IMG/VR virus record: IMGVR_UViG_2845838682_000001
DNA from: a virus
Taxonomy: Duplodnaviria; Caudoviricetes
Direction: 5' to 3' (one strand)
DNA: 64,000 nucleotides
This document shows, piece by piece, positions 54,521 to 63,958 of this stretch. The position numbers were made by a program, and so were the translations under genes. Every line of letters begins with the position of its first letter. The stretch's first letter is position 1. A model generated the notes under the pieces. It was not told where the DNA came from, searched no databases, and saw only the letters and a list, made by a program, of their open reading frames with translations.

Positions 54521-55352
54521 CGCCCACCACCCCGGCCTCGGCCATAAGGTCGGCCATGGACAGATCCCCGCGGAACCTGTGGCCCAGCTCGGTCTCCAGG
54601 TCGGCGTACTCGCGGGCCAGGTCGGGGCGCAGCCGGCACGCCCGCACTAGGTCCGCGCGGGAGGCGAGCACACACAACGAGCACGACAGCCGCGTCATGC
54701 CCTCGTCATAGGCCGGGTGGTGCGGCACCCCGGAGGCGCGGATGCGGTCCCACACCTGGGCCTCGGTCCAGGTGTGGATCGGCAACCACCGGGTGATGCG
54801 CCGCCGCGTCGACGACCCGGCCGCACCCGACTCCACGTCCGGCTTGGCGTAGCGGGCCGCGGACTCCTGAGCGCGGATACCGAGGCAGTACAGGACCTCC
54901 ACCGGCCGACCCTCCGTCGGGCGCAGCCCGCGGTCGGCGCGCCACCGGCGGCACAGGTCGGTGACGACCCGCATACCTTGGGACGTCTTCTGATCCGAGG
55001 TGCACCACCGCGCCTGGGAACTGGGGAACTTTCCGCGTTCGTGGCGGAGTTGCTGGAACAGCCCGCCCTGCTCCCGACGGGTGATCACCAGCGGGAACCC
55101 GTAGTGGTCAGCCTGCCGACGGGCGAGGTCGGCGGTGCCCGGCCACTCCACCGACAACCCGTTGTCGGTCTCGCCGAGGTCGTTGTGCACGACCGTCACC
55201 CGCTTTTTCACGCTGGCGTCAGCGGCGAGCTGGGCGACGTAGTCGAGCATCGCCTGGGAATCCTTGCCAGCTGAGGAGTTGACGACGACCACGTCATAGG
55301 CGGACAGGTCGGGGAGCTCCACCGGCAGGTCGAACAGGGTCGCGTCACGCAT
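54513..55352 (-). CDS. PAPS-reductase-family (PP-loop, Fe-S) protein
   Basis: SSAGKDSQAML, RWCTSDQKT, GIRAQESAAR, PI..W...VW, HPAY..GM.RLSCSLC. Confidence 0.9.
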   Translation of the reverse strand: MRDATLFDLPVELPDLSAYDVVVVNSSAGKDSQAMLDYVAQLAADASVKKRVTVVHNDLGETDNGLSVEWPGTADLARRQADHYGFPLVITRREQGGLFQQLRHERGKFPSSQARWCTSDQKTSQGMRVVTDLCRRWRADRGLRPTEGRPVEVLYCLGIRAQESAARYAKPDVESGAAGSSTRRRITRWLPIHTWTEAQVWDRIRASGVPHHPAYDEGMTRLSCSLCVLASRADLVRACRLRPDLAREYADLETELGHRFRGDLSMADLMAEAGVVGDA

Positions 55353-55493
55353 CGCCGTCCTCCCCGGTGGTGGGGGCGTGGTCGACGAAGGTGTCGAAGC
55401 GGGGGCGGCCACGCCGCACCGCGCCGGCGGCCAGTTCCGCGACCACCAACACCCCAGCGACCACCGCGGCCGCGTACACCAAGTAGGCGATGA

Positions 55494-56264
55494 TCATGCG
55501 ATCGCCTCCTGCGCCGCGGGCGGCAGCAGCGGCCAGTCCCGGTCGAAAGACACGTCGTTGCCCATGCGCCGCATGAACGCCTCCAGGTCCGCGACCTGGG
55601 CCGGGTACCACGTTGCCTGAGCGTCGTGCAGCTGCTCGGCGGTCATGGACCCGATTCGGGGGTGGGACTGGCCCACCGCGGCCGCGACCCGCAGGCTCAT
55701 CAGCGCGTCGTAGAGCGCGCCGTGCGCGGCGTCGTCGTCCCAGCCGATGCCCCACTTGCGCGGCACCAGCGCCTGGACGCAGGTCTTCAGCGCGTGAGGG
55801 CCCTGATCGGGACCGGGCCGGCGGCGCTTGGGCTCCAGATGGCGCGACAGCACCAGGGTGTCGACCAGCGGCCGCAGCGGCCGCCCGAGCGACTCCGCGA
55901 GGCCGGCGCCGAGGTGGCGGCGGCATTCGCGGTCCAACATCGTGTAGTCATAGGGGGCGTTGTGGCCCACCACCGGTGTCCCGGCCGCCAGCGTCCGCCC
56001 GATGGTCGCCACAATGTCGGCCACCGCCTGTGCGGCGGGGGTGCCCTGGGCGCGCACCAGCTCGGTGGTGATGCCGTGCAACCCGGCGGCCTCCTGCGGC
56101 ACCTCCACACCGGGGTCGACGAGCACCTCGACCGGGTCGGTCGCCAACCCGCCGCCGACGCTGGGCAGCGCGTACTGCACGATCCGGGCCTGCTCCGGCA
56201 GCTTGCTGGTGGTCTCCAGGTCGAAGCCGAGCATTCGCTGCTCGAACCAGCGCGTCTCGGTCAT
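55494..56264 (-). CDS. DnaQ-like 3'-5' exonuclease
   Basis: GFDLETT, HGIT, VGHNAPYD, DTLVL, AHGALYDA. Confidence 0.92.
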   Translation of the reverse strand: MTETRWFEQRMLGFDLETTSKLPEQARIVQYALPSVGGGLATDPVEVLVDPGVEVPQEAAGLHGITTELVRAQGTPAAQAVADIVATIGRTLAAGTPVVGHNAPYDYTMLDRECRRHLGAGLAESLGRPLRPLVDTLVLSRHLEPKRRRPGPDQGPHALKTCVQALVPRKWGIGWDDDAAHGALYDALMSLRVAAAVGQSHPRIGSMTAEQLHDAQATWYPAQVADLEAFMRRMGNDVSFDRDWPLLPPAAQEAIA

Positions 56265-56802
56265 GCGGCACCGCCCCTCGAGAGCCGGGCATGGTCGACG
56301 GCGCGGCGCCGGTCGTCCTTCAGCGGGGTGGGCGGTTCGACGTAGGTGTGGAAGCCGGGGATCGCGGCGTAGCGCACCCGGTGCCCCGGTGCGGACACGT
56401 CGCAGTACGCGCAGGCATCCACGGGCACCGGGGCGGCCGCAGGCGGCCGGGCCAGCCCCACCGCCGAACCCATGGCGTGGGCGATGTCGATCGGGCTCAC
56501 CACTGCGGCCTCCTCTGAGTTCGGGCGAGCGTGGCCCGGCATTTGCCGAGCTTCTTCGCGGCGTCGGTCAGCACGTGCTGCAGGGCCCTGTAGTCGGTGT
56601 CGCAGCCGGTGTCCCAGAACCGGTCGAGGGCCTCGTGTGCGTCGCGGATGACCAGCTCGTGCTCGTCGAGGTGCACCGACGCCTCGGAGATGACGGCGTG
56701 GACCTCACCGCTGGGCATGGGCTCGGGCGGCGGCACCGCGGCCGACGCCGTCTCGGGCAGTTCGGGGCGGTGGGCCAGCCGCCGCAGCACGCGGGCGATC
56801 AC
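56261..56802 (-). other. Two small hypothetical genes (56261-56500, 56497-56802)
   Basis: GTGA overlaps. Confidence 0.55.
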
Positions 56803-57269
56803 GCGGCACCTCCCTGCAGAGCGGCGGCGATCGCGCGGCGCGACCAACCCAGGTCCCGAAGGAGCTGGCGGGCCGCGTCGCGGCGCACCTGCTCGGCGCG
56901 GCGCCGCGCAGCCGCCCGCGCCGCGGGCACCGGCATCGGCGCCGGCTCCTCGGCGGGCGGCTCCTCGGGGACGGCGGTCGTGCCCCGCCGGACGCGGTCG
57001 CGCTCCCACTCGTCCACACCGCCCCAGGTGCCGTGCACGATCCGCTGCTCCTCGGCGTAGGCCAGGCACTGGGCGCGCACCGGGCACGTGGCGCACACCT
57101 GCTTGCCGCGCTGGAGGTAGGGGTCCTGCGGGGTCTCCGGCCACCACCAGTCCGCCGCCGGCGCCTGCCGGCACGCCCCGCGCTCCTGCCACGCCGCGGC
57201 GTCGTCGCCGGGCGCGCCCCGGGTGGGGCGGGCCCCCACCAGGGGGACCCGCTTCGTGGCCGGGCTCAC
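56799..57269 (-). CDS. whiB: Second WhiB-family regulator
   Basis: WQERGACR..WW..GKQVCATCPVRAQCL..GTWGG..ER; own GTG start at 57269. Confidence 0.88.
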   Translation of the reverse strand: MSPATKRVPLVGARPTRGAPGDDAAAWQERGACRQAPAADWWWPETPQDPYLQRGKQVCATCPVRAQCLAYAEEQRIVHGTWGGVDEWERDRVRRGTTAVPEEPPAEEPAPMPVPAARAAARRRAEQVRRDAARQLLRDLGWSRRAIAAALQGGAA

Positions 57270-57863
57270 CGCTGACTCCCGGAGGGCAGCACGGCGAAGC
57301 GCTCGCCCAGCTCGCCGAGCTGGCCAGCCTGCCAGGTCCATCACCCGCTGCCGCGCGTCCTTGGTCGGCCGGAAGGAGAACTCACCGCTCGCCTGCACCG
57401 TACGGACCTTCGCGAGAGCGATGGTCTCGCCCGTGGCCGGGTCCCGAAGGTTTCCGTCGTCGTCGACGTCGGAGGCCACCCGCTTCTCGTAGGCGGGCTG
57501 CACCTCCTCGCGGATCGCGTCGGGCCGGTTCTCCAGTACCCAGGCGATCAGCTCCGGATCAGCCAGCACCCGCGGGTCAACCTTCTCGATCACCTCGGTC
57601 GGCGCGACGCGCTTGGCGTGCGCGAGCAGCTTCTCCCGATCGACGGACACCGTGCGGGTGCCGTCCTTGATCGATACGGTGCCGACCTTGGCCCCGTCGG
57701 GCAGACTCACCTCGATCGTCTTGACCCCGGCGGCGCGCTGAGCCTTGAAGTTGGTCTCGGCCTCAGCGCGGGCCGCGTCCAGCTCGTCTTTCACCTCGTC
57801 CATCAGCGCCCGCAGCACGGCCACCCGCAGACCAGGGGACGTCTTCCCTGCCGTGTCGTCCAT
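57266..57863 (-). pseudogene. Hypothetical gene with an apparent frameshift near 57335 that reads through into WhiB
   Basis: After ATG GAC the high-GC3 frame switches and ends WQAGQLGELGERFAVLPSGSQR-TGA overlapping the WhiB GTG; 598 nt = 3n+1. Confidence 0.6.
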
Positions 57864-57876
57864 GAAGTGCTCCTGT

Positions 57877-58821
57877 TCAGGCGTGGTTGGCGGCGATGCG
57901 TGCGGCCCGGTCCGGGTCCGCCGACGCGGGGTGAGCCGCCTCCTGGTCCGGGGGATTGGGCGCCGTCGCCGCCTGCGCGGCGTTGGCGGCTGCCGCGGGC
58001 TCCGAGGCCAGCGGCGGGGTGGGCGCCAGCGTGTCGGGGTCCGGCGCTGGCTCGGGCCGCACCCGATTGGCGATGACGTTCTGCCGGTGCTTCATGCGGT
58101 TGGCCATCTGATCGGCATCGGGCCGGGAGATCCGCCGAGTGTCGAAGGCGTTTCCGAGTTCGTCCCACAGCTCTTTGAGCTGTGAGGTCGTCGTCGCCTG
58201 ATCGACGCGGGCCGCCATGCTCTGAAGAAACGCCTGATCGGTGGCGACCGACGGCGCGGTCCCGCTGGCCTCAGGGTGGTCGGCGTCGCCGTCCTCCAGA
58301 TCCTCGGTGGGGATCATCAACGCCTGCATCAGCGCGTACTTCAGCGCCATCGACATCGCCTTGTTGGTGCTCTTGTCGGCGGTGTCGGCGCCTTCGCCCC
58401 ACACGACGACCTCTTCGACGGAGCCGTCGGAGACCGCCCGGAACCGGTACGTGACTTCCAGGTGGGTCACGTTGATGCGGCTGCCAGATTTGGTTTCGCG
58501 GGTCTCGCTGAGACGGTTGGTGACTTGCGGGGTCGCGATGACGCCGTGGGTGACGAGGGCACGGTTCGCGGCGTTCATGACGTCTTCGATGCTGCGGAAG
58601 TGGAACCGCTGCTCGGGGTTCCAACCGCCCTTGCCGACGGGACGGATGTCGGCCATCACCGCGCTGAGTGCGGCCCAGATGTGGGGAACCCCGTCACCGG
58701 GCTGGGGGGCTGCGGACGTCTCCTGTGTCTCGATGTCCGTGGCGGTCTCGTTCATGGCGGAGGGCTTTCCGGTGGGGGCGTGCGTTTCGGTGGGCGGGGC
58801 GGTGTCGCCATGCGCTGTCAC
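57877..58821 (-). CDS. ERF-family ssDNA annealing protein
   Basis: ALSAVMADI..VGK...N..Q.F.FRSIEDV..GEG.DTADK...KAMSMALKYAL.Q.L.IPTED. Confidence 0.9.
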   Translation of the reverse strand: MTAHGDTAPPTETHAPTGKPSAMNETATDIETQETSAAPQPGDGVPHIWAALSAVMADIRPVGKGGWNPEQRFHFRSIEDVMNAANRALVTHGVIATPQVTNRLSETRETKSGSRINVTHLEVTYRFRAVSDGSVEEVVVWGEGADTADKSTNKAMSMALKYALMQALMIPTEDLEDGDADHPEASGTAPSVATDQAFLQSMAARVDQATTTSQLKELWDELGNAFDTRRISRPDADQMANRMKHRQNVIANRVRPEPAPDPDTLAPTPPLASEPAAAANAAQAATAPNPPDQEAAHPASADPDRAARIAANHA

Positions 58822-59954
58822 GAGGCCCCCTCATCCGGCGCGGTGATCTGCACCAAGGCCGCGTGGGCGGCCTGCGGGGCGGCCTCGTCGAACGCCTTCC
58901 GCAGACGCTCGAACTGCGTGCGGCACTCGGCGTATTTGTCGATGGCCTCGTGGGCGCGGCCGCGCTGGGCGGTGGCGTCCCGCTTGAGGCGGGCGCGCAG
59001 CGCCCGATCCACCCAGTACCGGGAGGCCAACGCCCCCCAGGCGAGGACCGCGCCGAGCCCGACGAGGAACACGACCAAGGCGACGAGGTAGGCCAGGATC
59101 AGCCAGTACGGCCACAGGGGCATCTCATGCATCGGTCTCACCGTCCTGGTGCCGTTCGGCCCAGGCGCGGACGCCGGCCTTCAGGTCGCGCCACTGCGAC
59201 GCCTCGGCCGGTGTCGGCGCGGCGTGCTTGGGTTCGTGCGGCACGGTCTGGGCGACACCTTCGCGCCAGCGCCGCCACGCCGCCTGCTGCACCGCGGTGG
59301 TGCAGTCGGAGGGGGCGGCGTGGCGCGGCGCGGGCACCTGCGGCCGCATCGACAACGCGGCCCGCTCCAGCAGCGACACCCCGGTCGCGGCCAGTTCGGG
59401 GCCGTGCCCGGCCAGCCACCACAGCCACTGCCGGTCGGTCTCGGTCAGGTCCAGCTGCCGCACCGCGGCGACCAGCTCCGCGTACAGCGCGTCCTGCTGG
59501 GTGTGGTGGCGGGTCATCGGTCACCGCCGGGCTGCGTGATCGTGGCCTGCGCGCGGACGGTCAGCCCGGACGGTGTGATGTAGACGACGGATTCGAGCGT
59601 CAGGCCGTCCTCCCAGACCTGGCGGGTGATGTGGTCTGTGACGCCGAAGTGGCGGGCGACCTGGGCGACGATGTCGCGGCGCCGCTGCACGGGCAGGGTG
59701 GAGCGCGCCAGCAGGTTCACCTCGGGGAAGTCGCCGGGCGAGACCGTCAGCATCGCGTCGCTTTCCAGGCCCAGCTCGGCGGCCAGGTTGGCGGCCCACA
59801 TTGTCAGCGCGGGCAGGGTGAGGCGGGGAGGGGACTGCGCGGGGGCGCTGGTCCCGGTGTGGATAATGGTCACGGCTCCATCACGTCCAATCTTCGTGTG
59901 TTGGTTGGGGCCGGAGTCCTCGCCTGGGTGCCTCCGGGCGGGGACTCGCTTCAT
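58818..59954 (-). other. Three hypothetical genes (membrane protein 58818-59141; ~59125-59517; 59514-59954)
   Basis: Overlapping stops/starts; TM helix in the first. Confidence 0.55.
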
Positions 59955-59958
59955 GTGG

Positions 59959-60336
59959 TCAGGCCGATCCGGGCACCGACTTCAGTCGGCGCGGTCCGCC
60001 CTGCCGCGGGGTGATCGGCTGGTCCTGCGCGGGAGCGGCAGCCGTACGGCGCCCGCCCGTGCGCGGCGTCCGCGCGGGCGCGGGTGCTGGGGTGGGCTGC
60101 GGCGCGGACTCCGCGCTCACCTGGCCGGGCGTGAACGCCCTGGCGTTGGTGATCGCGTCGATGTCGCCGGCGGTGAACACGATGCGGTTGCCCAGCGTGC
60201 GGTGGTGGGGGATACGGCCGCGCTGGGCGGCCTTGCGCAGCCCGCCGGGCTTCTCCAAGGTCAGGAACTTTTCGCAGACCTCTTCGGGGGTGTAGGTGCG
60301 CTCCGGCTCGCCGGAGGCGGGCGGTGATGTCTCCAC
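59959..60336 (-). CDS. Xis-like HTH DNA-binding protein
   Basis: GAAGGAG RBS; YTPEEVCE..LRK.A..GRIPH.R.LG.RI.FT..DI. Confidence 0.7.
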   Translation of the reverse strand: METSPPASGEPERTYTPEEVCEKFLTLEKPGGLRKAAQRGRIPHHRTLGNRIVFTAGDIDAITNARAFTPGQVSAESAPQPTPAPAPARTPRTGGRRTAAAPAQDQPITPRQGGPRRLKSVPGSA

Positions 60337-60460
60337 CGGAGGGCTCCTTCCTACTGGCGGGCGCAGCCGCAGTTGCGGCAGTGGGTGCGCCAGGGCTCGT
60401 TGCCGGTGCCGCAGGGGCACGCCCATAGGGGGCCGCGGCGCGGGTTGGCCTGTTCGCAGA

Positions 60461-60718
60461 TCACGGGGCGGCCGCGGGTGTGCTCTCGACGAGCAGCGCG
60501 CCGTCCTCCAGGTCGAGCGCGGTGAGGATCGCCTGGTACGTCTCGGCGCGCGGGTAGGGGCGCGCGCCGCGCAGGATCTTGAACAGTCCTGGCGCGCTCA
60601 GGCCGGTGCGCTCGGCGAGGTCGCTGATCTCGAGCCCGCGTCGTTGCAGCTCAGCCTTGAAAGCCGTGTGGTCGAACCGGTACGGCCGGTACGGCGCTCG
60701 GGGTCGGGTGTGCGTCAT
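60461..60718 (-). CDS. Cro-like XRE HTH protein
   Basis: LQRRGLEISDLAERTGLSAPGLFKILRG..P..ET...I..AL; divergent from the repressor. Confidence 0.85.
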   Translation of the reverse strand: MTHTRPRAPYRPYRFDHTAFKAELQRRGLEISDLAERTGLSAPGLFKILRGARPYPRAETYQAILTALDLEDGALLVESTPAAAP

Positions 60719-60720
60719 GA

Positions 60721-60866
60721 ACCCAACATTAACCCACATAGACCCTCATGGGAAGAGGTTCATGTGGTTTAGGGGAAAGAGAAGTGTCAACAGGTTGGTT
60801 CATGTAAGGCCATGACCAGCCGTTACTCTCGGCGACCGCTAGTGATCATGTGGGTTAATGATGGGT
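60721..60866. promoter_or_regulatory. Lysis/lysogeny switch region with a 19-bp inverted repeat pair
   Basis: ACCCAACATTAACCCACAT (60721-60739) versus the reverse complement of 60848-60866 (ACCCATCATTAACCCACAT): 18/19 identical. Confidence 0.75.
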
Positions 60867-60887
60867 CACCGGTGTACTCTGGCCCCC

Positions 60888-61490
60888 ATGGCTGCTACCG
60901 ACCAGTCACCCCAAAGGGCACGGCTGCGCGCCTATCTCGAGGCCCGCCGCGGCCGCCTGCGCCTGACCATCGACCAGGTCGCCGCGACCGCCGGCATCCG
61001 CTCCAACACCTACGCCCGCGTGCGCGACGGCGACGCCGACATCCAACCCGCCACGGTCTCCGGCCTCGAAGACGCGTTGTGCTGGGCGCCCGGCAGTATC
61101 CAGCGCATCCTCGACGGCGGCGACCCCGTCGAAACGAGCGCCGCCGCGAACGCCGCGGAACCCTCCTACGCCGAGGACTCCCTGCGCGGCGCCCTCGACG
61201 CCGGCGACACCTACCCCTCCGGCGCCGCCCGTCCGCCCCTGCACGACCTGGCCCGCGATTGGAACCTGCTGCAAGGGCTCACCTGGGTTCCCCACCCGGA
61301 CGACCCGACCCTGCGGTACTACGTGCTGCGGCGGCTGCATCGCGGCCGGATCTGGACGCACCCCCAGACAGTGCCGGCCACGACCCCCTTCGAAGAGGTG
61401 TGGCGCCAGCTCACCGCGGAGCAGGACGAGCAGCTCGCGCGGATCGACGAGGCGCTCGGCGCGCACGGCGACGGAACGCGTCCGGAATAG
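60888..61490 (+). CDS. Immunity repressor (CI-like XRE HTH)
   Basis: RR..LRLTIDQVAATAGI..NTYARV..G......TV..LEDAL.WAPGSI.RIL.GG.P; TACTCT 7 nt before ATG suggests a leaderless mRNA. Confidence 0.85.
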   Translation: MAATDQSPQRARLRAYLEARRGRLRLTIDQVAATAGIRSNTYARVRDGDADIQPATVSGLEDALCWAPGSIQRILDGGDPVETSAAANAAEPSYAEDSLRGALDAGDTYPSGAARPPLHDLARDWNLLQGLTWVPHPDDPTLRYYVLRRLHRGRIWTHPQTVPATTPFEEVWRQLTAEQDEQLARIDEALGAHGDGTRPE

Positions 61491-61685
61491 GTCAGACGCT
61501 CCGGTAAACCTCATCGCTGGAAACGCGACACCGCGTCGAATTGTCCGAATTCGATAAGAAAGGCAACCCTAATCCCGGGTACGCAGCGTTTGTACCAGTC
61601 GACCCAACGCTTGTGACCTGCCCGTTTCCGCCATAGGCCCTTTTCGGACCGGTTCAGTTTGGGATATGAGTAGAACCTCCTCCGC

Positions 61686-62108
61686 GTGATCAGAGCGTGG
61701 TCACGTCTACCCGTGGGGCAAGAGAGACAGGTGCGAGGAGGCACCCAATTGCTCTACCACTTGCACGCAAACGTGCAAATTCCCCGTACCCGAAACGATC
61801 TACTCATCTCCGTCGACACACTCGTCCGACCACATGAACGTCCGATCGACCTACAAGTCACCGACGACCTGACGCTGCTGCGCGTTCACCTGGGCACTCA
61901 GACCTGGTGGATCATCGACCGCGTCACCGACGAAGTCCCCGAACACCGCTGGCGCCATTGGGCGACGGAGGCGGGCTGCCCCGCCCACCTCCACCCACTC
62001 CAGTTTTGGGACCCCCACACACGCGTCATGCCCGAGCACATCCCGCCCCGGATGCGCCTCACGGGCCACGACCACGCTTATAGACCGCCGCGCGCGCTGA
62101 GCGCATAA
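61686..62108 (+). CDS. Hypothetical protein (start uncertain)
   Basis: Only sizeable + strand ORF between repressor and integrase. Confidence 0.4.
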   Translation: MIRAWSRLPVGQERQVRGGTQLLYHLHANVQIPRTRNDLLISVDTLVRPHERPIDLQVTDDLTLLRVHLGTQTWWIIDRVTDEVPEHRWRHWATEAGCPAHLHPLQFWDPHTRVMPEHIPPRMRLTGHDHAYRPPRALSA

Positions 62109-62244
62109 CCACTGGCCCCGGCGGAGCTGGCACGCTTTGCGCCCCCGCCACCCTGTGGCGGGGGCACAGGCATTTCCGCCCCACGCAGATATCCCGGCAG
62201 GGCACACTGAAATCCCTGCCCCCTGCCTCAAGGAGCACGCCTAC

Positions 62245-63942
62245 ATGCCCCATATCTTGCGGCCCTACGTCGAGAAGCGCCGCAACGGCACCTACCGCGT
62301 CCGCACCCGCGAATCAGACGGAACCTGGATCCCCCTTGGCAGTGGGTTCTCCAGCGAGGAACGCGCGCTCGAGCACGGGTGGAAAGAGATCGGTCGCATC
62401 CGCGACGGCGTGTGGATCGACCCCCGCGAATCCGACATCACACTCACCACGTGGGCGAGGTCCTGGTTGCCCGCCCAGGTGCTGCAGCTGTCTTCCCGCG
62501 AGCAGTACGTCTACCTCCTCAACAACTTCGTGCTGCCCGAGTACGGCGACCGTAGCCTGCGCTCCCTCACCTACGCCGACCACGAGATCAACACCTGGGA
62601 GCAGCACCTGCGCACGGCCTACTCCGCCTCCACCGCCACCCAGGCCCGAGGGCTGCTGCGCCGCATGCTCCAGGACGCCTCCGCATCCAAACTCATGGAA
62701 CGCAACCCCGCCGAGCGCCAGGCCCGCCGCGGTAGCGTCGAAGTCCGCCGCCTCCAGCAGCAGCAGAAACGCAAAGCCGAAGAGGAGAAGTGGACCACCC
62801 CGCTCGGGGCACTACTCATCGCCGAACGCATGGCGCTGCTCGCCGGCCGTGACGACGAGATGATCCTTGGCATCACCAAGGCCTATACCGGGATGCGCAC
62901 CTCCGAGTTGATCGGTCTGGAACGCGACCGCGTCACCGCAACCGAGATCGACGTGCACTGGCAGCTCTATGCCCTCAACGACGGTTCGATGATCCGGAAG
63001 TACCCCAAGGATGGGAGCCTGCGCAAGATCGCCATCCCCCCGCATGTGGCGCTGCTGCTGCACCACCAGATGCGCAAGACCACCGCCGTGGACCCGCTGA
63101 CCGCGCCGATGTGCCCCTGCGTCAAACACAGCGCCCCCGACTTCCGCCAGCAGTACGGCCACCCCGCCGGTGTGCACGTCTTCCGCGGCAGCGCCGGCGG
63201 CCGCACCCGCCTGGACTCCGGCACCACGCTGGCCGACGTCGCCAGCACCGCCGGGGTGTCGACCACCACCGTCTCCAACGTCATCAACCGGCCCGACAAG
63301 GTCCGCGGATCCACCCGGGCGCGGGTCGAACAGGTCATGGAGGAACTCGGGTGCGACACCGCTGCGGACGCCTCCGGGTGTGCCCCGCACCTGCGCCGCA
63401 ACGGGTTCCGCACCTGGATCTTCCACCCCGCCGCCACCGGCTGGTATCCCGAGAAGAAGCCGAATCCCGCTCACCCCGTGCCGATCGTGCCGGGCGGACT
63501 CACCGGCACTCCCGCGCGCGGCCGCGGCGCCGCGAAGCGCGCCGGGGCCTCCTGGCTGCCCGTCGTCGCCGGATTCACCGCGCACGGGCTTCGGCACTCC
63601 CAGCAGACGTGGATGGACGAAGATGAGATTCCGGAGAAGCTCAAGCGGCAGGTGATGGGCCACGCCGACGAGCAGACCGTGCAGGCGATGTATGGCCACG
63701 TGACCCCGGATATGCGGGAGCGGCGCATCCGGGCGTTGAGTGCGCGGTGGGAGCAGTCGCTGCGCGACCGCGCTCGAATGTGGCCTACCTCACACATCCC
63801 GTTGCTGAACGATCTGCTGGAGCCCTACCGCCACCACTACAGCACGTATATCCCGGTGAGCCTCCCCAGCAAGATCATTTCCCCTGGGTTTCCCACTTGG
63901 TACAAAGAAGCCCGCCACCCGGAGCGGGTGGCGGGCGTGTAA
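62245..63942 (+). CDS. int: Tyrosine integrase with a LacI-type HTH inserted in the catalytic domain
   Basis: AAGGAG RBS; arm-binding N-terminus; AYTGMRTSEL (Arg I), HGLRHS (HxxR), MGH..MY.HV (catalytic Tyr); TLADVASTAGVSTTTVSNVIN.P.KV...TR.RV...M.ELG. Confidence 0.95.
   Translation: MPHILRPYVEKRRNGTYRVRTRESDGTWIPLGSGFSSEERALEHGWKEIGRIRDGVWIDPRESDITLTTWARSWLPAQVLQLSSREQYVYLLNNFVLPEYGDRSLRSLTYADHEINTWEQHLRTAYSASTATQARGLLRRMLQDASASKLMERNPAERQARRGSVEVRRLQQQQKRKAEEEKWTTPLGALLIAERMALLAGRDDEMILGITKAYTGMRTSELIGLERDRVTATEIDVHWQLYALNDGSMIRKYPKDGSLRKIAIPPHVALLLHHQMRKTTAVDPLTAPMCPCVKHSAPDFRQQYGHPAGVHVFRGSAGGRTRLDSGTTLADVASTAGVSTTTVSNVINRPDKVRGSTRARVEQVMEELGCDTAADASGCAPHLRRNGFRTWIFHPAATGWYPEKKPNPAHPVPIVPGGLTGTPARGRGAAKRAGASWLPVVAGFTAHGLRHSQQTWMDEDEIPEKLKRQVMGHADEQTVQAMYGHVTPDMRERRIRALSARWEQSLRDRARMWPTSHIPLLNDLLEPYRHHYSTYIPVSLPSKIISPGFPTWYKEARHPERVAGV
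63904..63936 (-). terminator. Intrinsic terminator for the tRNA-Pro transcript, overlapping the integrase 3' end
   Basis: 11-bp stem GCCCGCCACCC/GGGTGGCGGGC followed by TTCTTT on the minus strand. Confidence 0.85.
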
Positions 63943-63958
63943 CCTGCTTCTATAGCTG

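Noticed and set aside
1-55352. Joint sulfation pathway of the sulfotransferase-like gene and the PAPS-reductase-family gene
   Set aside because: 54 kb apart in different expression classes; a PAPS reductase would consume rather than supply PAPS
28600-61625. Scattered CAGGTCA/TGACCTG motifs near promoters and intergenic regions
   Set aside because: Short, and in my recollection common in actinobacterial intergenic DNA; no consistent spacing to support a specific role
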